Assembly (NCBI GenBank): GCA_918797485.1
Contig: CAKKNE010000002.1
Coordinates: forward strand, 1-64,000
Direction of reading: 5' to 3'
DNA length: 64,000 bases
Origin: Pelagomonas calceolata
Lineage: Eukaryota
A program made the translations under genes and the position numbers. Each line of letters begins with the position of its first letter. Within the stretch, counting starts at the first letter, position 1. The notes beneath the pieces were generated by a model. The model worked only from the letters and a program-made list of their open reading frames with translations. It did not search any database and was not told the origin of the DNA. This document shows positions 55,885 through 64,000 of this stretch, piece by piece.

Positions 55885-57207
55885 ATGCAACGCATGCGTA
55901 AAATGCGGCTCCTCGCAGCAGCATTTCTCCTCATCCACCCAACCGCAAGCTTACAAACGATCGGCATCGTCGGTGCGGGCCCAGCAGGGCTCACGCTAGC
56001 TGTGGCCCTCAATCGCGCCTTGCCAGACGTCGCCGTGACGATCTTCGACCGGTCGGACTCGTGCCGGCCAGCCCTCGGCGGCGGCGTCCAGCTGAACAGC
56101 GGCGCGGCCGTGCTGGCGCGGCTCGACCCGGCGCTCGGCGCGGCGGTCGCGGCGCTCGGCCAGCCCGTGCGGCGCGTGCGGTCGCGGACGGCCGGCGGCG
56201 ATGCATTGTTAGATTTAGATCTCGCGGCGGCGATCCGTGGCAACGCGCGCGCCAGAAAACGCGGCCTCGTCGACGCCGACGGCGGCGTCCGCGCCTACAC
56301 TATTATGCGGGACGCGCTCCAGGCGACGCTCCGCGACGCGCTTGGTTCGCAAACCAAACTCGAGCTTGGCGCCGCGGTGAAGGGTATCCGAGCATCTCCA
56401 AACGGCGGATCCGAGGTCGCGCTCGCGGACGGGACCGCGCGGCGCTTCGACCTCGTCGCGGGCTGCGACGGCGTGCGCGGCGCGGCGCGCGGCGCTAATC
56501 GGCCGGCGGCCGAGCCGCTCGCGGTGCTGGGCCGGCGCGTCCGCATCCGCTGGGGCGTCTCGTCCGCGCCGTCGCGCGCCGCGCGCGACGAGCTCCACCA
56601 GTGGTTCGGCCCCGACGGTGTCTACTGCCTCGCCGGCTCCTACGGCGGCGTCGGCGGCCGGGCCTTCGACCAGTGCGTCGTCGTGTCGCCCGCGCGCGGC
56701 GCGGTCGGGGCGGCCGCGTGGGACGACGGCGCGTCAGCCGCGACGCGCGACGCCATGGTCGCGCAGCTGCGGGCGGCGGCCATGCCCGCCGACGTCGTCG
56801 CCCTCGCCGAGAGCTGCGACCGGTGCTTCGAGCTCGGCGCCGAGTACGTGAACCCGCTGCCCGCGTGGCGCGCCGGCGGCGAGGCGTCCGTGCTCCTGGG
56901 CGACGCCGCGCACGCCATGCCGCCGTTTCTCGGCCAGGGCACGAACCAGGCCATCCAGGACGCCGCCTGCCTCGCGGACAAGCTCGTGGCACTGGTTGAG
57001 GGCGACCTCGCCGACGTCGACGCGGCGCTGGCCGCGTACGAAAGCGACCGCAAGGCCGCGGTCGCGCGCCTCGGCGTCAACTCCGTTGTCCTCGGCGCCG
57101 TCGAGACCCTCGCGCCCGAGGGCTTCCGGGACGCGTTCTTCCGGACGACCGCCGCGCTAGGCGTGGCGAAGATGGTGTTCTTGGACGGCGCGACGCCTAA
57201 GGTGTGA
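55885..57207 (+). CDS. FAD-dependent monooxygenase (UbiH/zeaxanthin-epoxidase-like class)
   Basis: IVGAGPAG, GCDGVRG and LLGDAAHAMPPFLGQGTNQAIQDA; signal peptide. Confidence 0.88.
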   Translation: MQRMRKMRLLAAAFLLIHPTASLQTIGIVGAGPAGLTLAVALNRALPDVAVTIFDRSDSCRPALGGGVQLNSGAAVLARLDPALGAAVAALGQPVRRVRSRTAGGDALLDLDLAAAIRGNARARKRGLVDADGGVRAYTIMRDALQATLRDALGSQTKLELGAAVKGIRASPNGGSEVALADGTARRFDLVAGCDGVRGAARGANRPAAEPLAVLGRRVRIRWGVSSAPSRAARDELHQWFGPDGVYCLAGSYGGVGGRAFDQCVVVSPARGAVGAAAWDDGASAATRDAMVAQLRAAAMPADVVALAESCDRCFELGAEYVNPLPAWRAGGEASVLLGDAAHAMPPFLGQGTNQAIQDAACLADKLVALVEGDLADVDAALAAYESDRKAAVARLGVNSVVLGAVETLAPEGFRDAFFRTTAALGVAKMVFLDGATPKV

Positions 57208-57347
57208 GTTGTTCCAAACTTCTATATTGTACCGCAGCGTTTCTGATCCCTAGACTCCTCCGCGCAGCGCAGCGAGCCGATAACCTTGCATTGAACACGA
57301 CGAGGGGTGCGGCTTTGGCTATTCCAGCCGCAAGCTCTGCAACACCA

Positions 57348-58581
<1,234 letters not shown>

Positions 58582-59177
58582 TGATGACGCTTGAACTTCG
58601 TGAATTAAAAACCAAGTAGCTGGATAGATAGTTTCTCCTGCCTTCTATCAGCCGCGCTATTATTGGGGTCTCGATGGTTGCTCGGGGGTATTTAGTGCGC
58701 TCGGGCTCTATCCAGGGCCGGGCCGCGACTCTGAGTGACCGAGTCGAATGCGCGGCCGTGATGGTTATCATACGAGCATGATTCCTGGTGGGTCACTGGC
58801 ATCGCACTGAAAGCAAGGGTGCAGTTGTATTGTCCTAGGGTGTTTTGCGGTAGCGGCGGCGGTCACGGCAAGGACGGTGGGGCTCTGGCTCTGCCAGTGG
58901 CCGCGCTCTCGCGATTGAAAGCTAGGTAGCGGGACAACGCGAGCCTGCGCGCGACACATTCCTCGAGGTCAGTAGAGTTCCCGCGGCGGGTATACATAAC
59001 AGATAGCCTTGGCCGACCCCCCCACGCGGTCGACGTTTTATCGACCTCCTTTGCCGGCAGTGGCCGCCGAGCCGCCCGAAGAGGCTGTGCGCTGCGGAAG
59101 GCTTGTGCATTCATCCTTACCCTCAAATCGCTGCTCGCGCTGCGGCTCGCCGAGGACATAAAGCTAAACAGTCAAGC

Positions 59178-60758
59178 ATGAAGCGGGAAGTAACGGTGGA
59201 CCGCCTCGTCCAGGCCAGCTTCCCCGCGGCCGAGGGCGTCGTCGAGGGCATCGTGCGCCAGATCGACGGCGCGCGCTGCCTCGTCGAGTGGGACCACGGC
59301 GTCAGCGAGTGGTACTCGCTCCGCGCCGTCTCGGCGATGAAGGAGCCCGCGATGTCGCCGCAGCAGCGGCGGCCGGCGCGGACGAGCGGGCCCGTCGACC
59401 CCTACGCGGGGCGGCCGCGCAAGTTCCCGTCCCGCGGGGCCGACCTGGCGCAGCTCGGCGTCCGCGCGACGACGTCGCCCGACGCGGCGCCCTTCGAGCT
59501 GAAGAGGCGCGCGGCTTCCGGCTCCAAGCCCGAGCACGTGAGCCTCGTGGCGCGGCCGCGGCGCGGCGAGGCGCCCTGGGTCGCGCACCGCGCGCTCGGC
59601 CACGGCGCGTTCGGCGCCGTCTTCGACGTGACGCTGCGGACCGAGGCGCGGCCGCGCGTCGCGCTCAAGATATGCTTCGCCGGCGCGCGGCGCTTCGGTA
59701 TCGAGCGCGAGATCGAGGTTCTGGCGGAAGTCTCGCGGCGGCGGCCCGCGCTGAAGACCGCCCCGGTCGGCGGGCTCGCGGAGCTCGAGACGTTCTTCGC
59801 CTACCGCGACGCGTCGGCGGTGGCCATGCGGCTCGCAGACACGACGCTCTCGGATCTGGCCAAGGGGCTCCGGGGCGTCGCGATGCGGTTCTCGGAGCCC
59901 GTCGCCCTGTTCTACGCGATCGGGACGCTCGAGGCGGTCGACGCGCTCCACTCGGCGGACTTTCTCCACGCCGACGTCAAGCCCGACAATCTGTGCCTGA
60001 CCTACGGCGAGCCGGACGACGTCGGCACGGGCAAGCCGGTGGACGCGATCGCGGCCGCGGGCTACCGCGTGACGCTCATCGACTACTCGCTGGCGGTCGA
60101 TTTACGAGCGTACGAGAACCCGGACCAGCGGTTCGTGAGCGGAGCGGACTCGCCAGCTCAGGTCCCCGAGTACTGCTGGCCGCCCGCGTTAAAGGACGCG
60201 AGCTGGCGCCGCGAGATCGACCTCTACGCCGTCGGGAGGATCCTCTACCAGGTCGCGGCCGGTTCCATACTCTCAAAGACGCTCACCTCGACGAACCTCG
60301 AGACACGGCTGCCGCGCGGCTGGAACCGCCGGCTCTGGGCCGACGTCCTCGCGAAGCTCATCGACGCCGACGAGTCGGTCGACCTCGGCGCGCTCGCGCG
60401 CACCATGCGGCGCCACTTGGAGAAAGATGTGCTGGCTGGCGACACGGCCAAGCTCGTCGAGGCCCTCGACCACCACCGCCGCCTCGTCACCGGCGAAGCG
60501 CGGCGCGGCGCCGACGCCGCCGCGACGCGCGTCAAGCCAATGGAAGATGATCTTCCAAGCGAGCCGCCGAAGCCCGAGCCGCGCACGGTGCGCGTCTCGC
60601 CGTCGCCGACGCAACCAGCACGGGGCCGCGCCAAGCGCCCGCGGTCCGAGGCGCCCGCGCGGTCCTCGCGCCGCGCGCGCGCCGTCGTGTCCTACGCGGA
60701 GCCGAAGGGCAACGCCAAGCTCCGGAACAGCCATGGCGTTGTGTGGACGAGTCGGTGA
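59178..60758 (+). CDS. Bub1-like protein kinase with a C-terminal Shugoshin (SGO)-like motif
   Basis: LGHGAFGAV, ALK, EPVALFY....LEAV..LH...LHADVKPDN, LIDYSLAVDL, W...IDLYAV and PR.W...LW. The tail reads RRARAVVSYAEPKGNAKLR. Confidence 0.75.
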   Translation: MKREVTVDRLVQASFPAAEGVVEGIVRQIDGARCLVEWDHGVSEWYSLRAVSAMKEPAMSPQQRRPARTSGPVDPYAGRPRKFPSRGADLAQLGVRATTSPDAAPFELKRRAASGSKPEHVSLVARPRRGEAPWVAHRALGHGAFGAVFDVTLRTEARPRVALKICFAGARRFGIEREIEVLAEVSRRRPALKTAPVGGLAELETFFAYRDASAVAMRLADTTLSDLAKGLRGVAMRFSEPVALFYAIGTLEAVDALHSADFLHADVKPDNLCLTYGEPDDVGTGKPVDAIAAAGYRVTLIDYSLAVDLRAYENPDQRFVSGADSPAQVPEYCWPPALKDASWRREIDLYAVGRILYQVAAGSILSKTLTSTNLETRLPRGWNRRLWADVLAKLIDADESVDLGALARTMRRHLEKDVLAGDTAKLVEALDHHRRLVTGEARRGADAAATRVKPMEDDLPSEPPKPEPRTVRVSPSPTQPARGRAKRPRSEAPARSSRRARAVVSYAEPKGNAKLRNSHGVVWTSR

Positions 60759-61306
60759 ATGAGGACTCCCTTTAGTGCTGCTGCTGTAGCCATTCCCCAC
60801 CAACAACAAGAAGCTATAAGACTGTAGAAAGTAGAAAGTACCCTTTCCTTCCCCTTTCCTTGGAGCCGGAGTATCGCTGGTCCGGCGTCTCTGAGTCGCT
60901 GTTGGATGACTCTTGGAGTCGGACCTCCGGCCCCGATTAAACTCAGCCTGGGCCTTGAATTCGCCAACGAACTTGAACATGAAAATACTACCTCAGGCTA
61001 GGACCGCTATAGGTAAATGAATAATAGTAAATAAATTGGAAATTGAGGACGCGACTCGGAAGCCTGAGAAGTCACGGTCCGATCTGCATTTGAATATAAA
61101 ATTCCATTTCTTATTCCTCGATTCTAAGTACGTTTATTTATCTACTTATGGGGGCGCTATTTCTAGGACTCGGAGCTCTTATATAATTCTATGGAACTTG
61201 AATCTGATCATGGTCCAAGAGGAGGTGAGGCATAAGTGCGATGACCCCTCGGAAGTCAGGCTCCCGAGCGAGTGCCCAAGATCTCATACAGGGGGCATCT
61301 CGAGTG

Positions 61307-62572
61307 TCAGTCCTCTGTCAAGAGCAATCGTGCAATTATCTCAAGAAGCGAGTCGGGGTCCTCGATGCGAACGCGGTGCCCAGCGTCCTTCATAATTTCA
61401 ACTCGAATTTGCGCATTCGTTAGGCGAGAGGTGACTTGCTGAACGTCCATAATGACTTCATACTCTGGTAGAACCGCTGTCACATTCGTCGTTGCAAGTT
61501 GAGCGAGCTCAGCGTCAGAAAGTTCGTAGGGAATTGCATGAAAATAGTTGTATGGCACCGCAGATGCGACTTCGTAAGTCGCGAATTCTCTTTGGGCGAC
61601 CTCGTCAACAGTGCGATGAGCCGTCGAACCCAAAAGCCAGGTAGTATCGAGGCCAAGACCAGGGAACGGCGCAGCAATTGTTGCGAGAAGCATTTTCCTA
61701 AGCATGCGGGTGGGAATATTTCCGTAAATAAAAGGAGGACCTAGATGTATTACCTTCTTGACCATGCTTGGTGCGGTGATGGCGACGAGTGCGGTTGGAA
61801 AGCAGCCGTAACTATATCCTACAAGATCGGCCGATTCCACACCCAGTTCGGCATAAATGTCCTCAAACCAGGCGACATGATCATTCGCAGTGTCAGGACA
61901 AGCTACGGGAACGCTCCGTCCCGCATCACAGATGTGGTCGACCAGAACGAGCCGGCGGTGGCGCGACAGTTCGGCATGGTTCGCGACAATGTCCCACATA
62001 AGCGAACTTGCCCGTGTGCCGGAGAGCAGCATGACAGTATCATCTGTTGCGCTGCCACAGACGTGGACCATCGTGGAGCCGTAGCGCGTTGAGATTTGAC
62101 GATGCTCGCAGTGGCTCAGTCGCGCCTCAACAAATCCATCATATATATCGAGGTATTGCTTCCACTCGGCGCCAGTATGCCACGGTATTTTTGATATCAA
62201 CAGCGGTGTCAACAGTTTAAACACAGTGTATTGATCTACGGTCGCCATTGCAACGACAATCCCAGCAGCAAAGTAATAAAGATGCTTGAGTGACAATGGG
62301 CGCGTATTTGACTTATGACTTTCACGTTTCTTATAGTAATTGCCGCTACCGACAAGAGCATATTTAGCACAGTCAATGATCAACTTTGGAATCCGCACCA
62401 TGCGGTCGAGCACGGTGCCGAGACCGCCAAGGTAGTGGCAATAAGTAGTTTGTGGCAAAGTGGTGCCCCTTCGCGTGGTCTCGGAGGCGCAGCTATTGCC
62501 GGAGCTCTGGGAAATTTCGGATTCCGAGGCGACTCGTGAGGCCGCCTCCATCTTTTTGGAGCGAGGGGCCAT
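61307..62572 (-). CDS. Alpha/beta hydrolase (carboxylesterase-like), lower GC than neighbours
   Basis: TRYGST.V, D..GRS, LVGYSYG nucleophile elbow and DAGH. Confidence 0.8.
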   Translation of the reverse strand: MAPRSKKMEAASRVASESEISQSSGNSCASETTRRGTTLPQTTYCHYLGGLGTVLDRMVRIPKLIIDCAKYALVGSGNYYKKRESHKSNTRPLSLKHLYYFAAGIVVAMATVDQYTVFKLLTPLLISKIPWHTGAEWKQYLDIYDGFVEARLSHCEHRQISTRYGSTMVHVCGSATDDTVMLLSGTRASSLMWDIVANHAELSRHRRLVLVDHICDAGRSVPVACPDTANDHVAWFEDIYAELGVESADLVGYSYGCFPTALVAITAPSMVKKVIHLGPPFIYGNIPTRMLRKMLLATIAAPFPGLGLDTTWLLGSTAHRTVDEVAQREFATYEVASAVPYNYFHAIPYELSDAELAQLATTNVTAVLPEYEVIMDVQQVTSRLTNAQIRVEIMKDAGHRVRIEDPDSLLEIIARLLLTED

Positions 62573-63760
62573 GATTTGATGGTGGTTGCAATGCTGCGGC
62601 CGGTGCTGGCAACGCGGAAAACCTGGAGGCGCGGCTTAGTGGCGCTGCGCGGCGTCGCGCGTGGCGAAACTCGACAAGTCTACTTCCGAGCCGAGCTTGG
62701 GTTCCTCGAGGGGACTCCATTGTTCCCTTGTTGGATACCTACGGTACCTACGGTACCGTAGGTACCTGCTATGATATGGCCACAGGCTCGCTGCAAGATA
62801 CTTTCTTATACTTGCTCGTGTCCCATAGCGCTCCGATTGTGAGAGCGCAGGACAAAGGAGCAAGAATTTTTGGAGTGGGGGTTGGTTGTGTTGCTATTAG
62901 GTTGTTGAACTTCTTTGATGGCTGAGCAGCCCCAGGATACGTGGCCCATATCATAGCATTCACTAGACCTATTTTATCCGGGTATTCAAGTAACTAGGAT
63001 ACTAGTGAAGCTAAGATAAAAGTTGGGAGATTTATGCCAGTGAGTGGAAACTTGAAGAGGCCGTTACCACTGCCACAACGGACGCCAACCCCGTATCTCA
63101 GTAGCAGTATCTGGCCACCGCCTCTCACTCCGAGTCCTAACTATTATCATGATCATCCTGGGTCACTTTTATTGACGGACGTATTTCCGGTCGCAAACCC
63201 CATCAAACATGGGAGAAACTATTTCGTTAGGCGACTACACTACCGTGACGCTGCTGCCGGGGAAGACCGGAATTACACACTCTATTTCCGAGTCCCCCGG
63301 GCCCTGCATCGCAGAACAGGAACAGCCACGGGCCCACCTGGACGCCCGCATGCAGCTGCTCTGGTGCATAACAGTTCACCAGCAACGTGGGCAAAGTCTT
63401 CTTAGTATGATTACCTACGATTACCTAGTAGCAAGCTTCGGAAAAACACCAGTCGCAAGGCTGGGCCGCTGCCGCCGGACGTCACCGAGCATAACTTATT
63501 TTTAGCAATGGTGGCGCACTCATGATTAGCCTGCTCGGAGCTGGCCCGGATTACAGCGTGATGCTCTGTGTTGACAATTCTACAGATGTAGCTACGATGT
63601 GGCCCAGTACATGCATGGTCGATTGAGTGATTGTCACCGCTTTTTGATTTACTCACTCACTACTACTCATATGTTAGCTGTTTGTAAGATACTTCGAGTA
63701 ATGATGGGAACTTGGACTTTACGCTCTGCCGCATGCGTATTCGAGAAAAAGCTCCTGTCG

Positions 63761-64000
63761 CTAGATACGAGAAAGGTACGCATCCAGTCTCTGTTCGTAC
63801 TCTTGGTAACTTCCTGGAAATAAAGAAAAGTTCCGACCGGTGCCATTTGTGTACCATGATTTGCATGCAGTCAATTCTATTGGACTCTTTTCTACAATCC
63901 ACTTTGAGAATTCGTCGTACCAAGCGTCCGGAATAGAGGCCTGCTTGTTCAGTAACTTTACTATGGCACGCGATTGTATTTCCATGGCGAGCGTGATTGA
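63761..64000 (-). CDS. C-terminal end of a probable flavin-containing / Baeyer-Villiger monooxygenase; continues beyond the window
   Basis: SITLAMEIQ..AI and C.SWY....GRN..LFPG....Y..R match recalled BVMO C-terminal motifs. Confidence 0.6.
   Translation of the reverse strand, partial: SITLAMEIQSRAIVKLLNKQASIPDAWYDEFSKWIVEKSPIELTACKSWYTNGTGRNFSLFPGSYQEYEQRLDAYLSRI

Noticed and set aside
63034..63700. Short ORFs in the low-GC tail
   Set aside because: No recognisable motifs or codon bias.

Overview
Left end of a GC-rich eukaryotic chromosome. A (CCCTAA)n telomere and a short subtelomeric repeat are followed by about 35 densely packed protein genes. Composition, gene content and intron style suggest a pelagophyte-like stramenopile alga; this is inferred, not shown. 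Recognisable genes: TraB, S41 peptidase, SF3B4, NOP53, NudC, SAR1, a DH/PH protein, a Kelch protein, a 5'-3' exonuclease, histones H3 and H4, SDE2, an FNT transporter and HemC. Most interesting observations: (1) a Bub1-like kinase ending in a Shugoshin SGO motif, a possible writer-reader fusion. (2) An 87-aa protein resembling only the N-terminus of FLASH, in the same window as H3 and H4 genes that carry metazoan-style 3' stem-loops and a shared purine-rich downstream hexamer, hinting at U7-like histone mRNA processing. (3) Two near-identical intron-containing mariner-type elements (DD47D spacing) in inverted orientation around two host genes, plus stacked TA-CC-TA/TA-CGG-TA arrays that look like their excision footprints. 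(4) Many short introns with the 8-bp TSD plus TIR design of introner elements, about ten with GC donors, in various states of decay. (5) A palindromic H3/H4 promoter and two other shared upstream motifs. All family assignments come from motifs recalled from memory, and splice models were checked by hand for frame only. Some frameshifts may be assembly errors.
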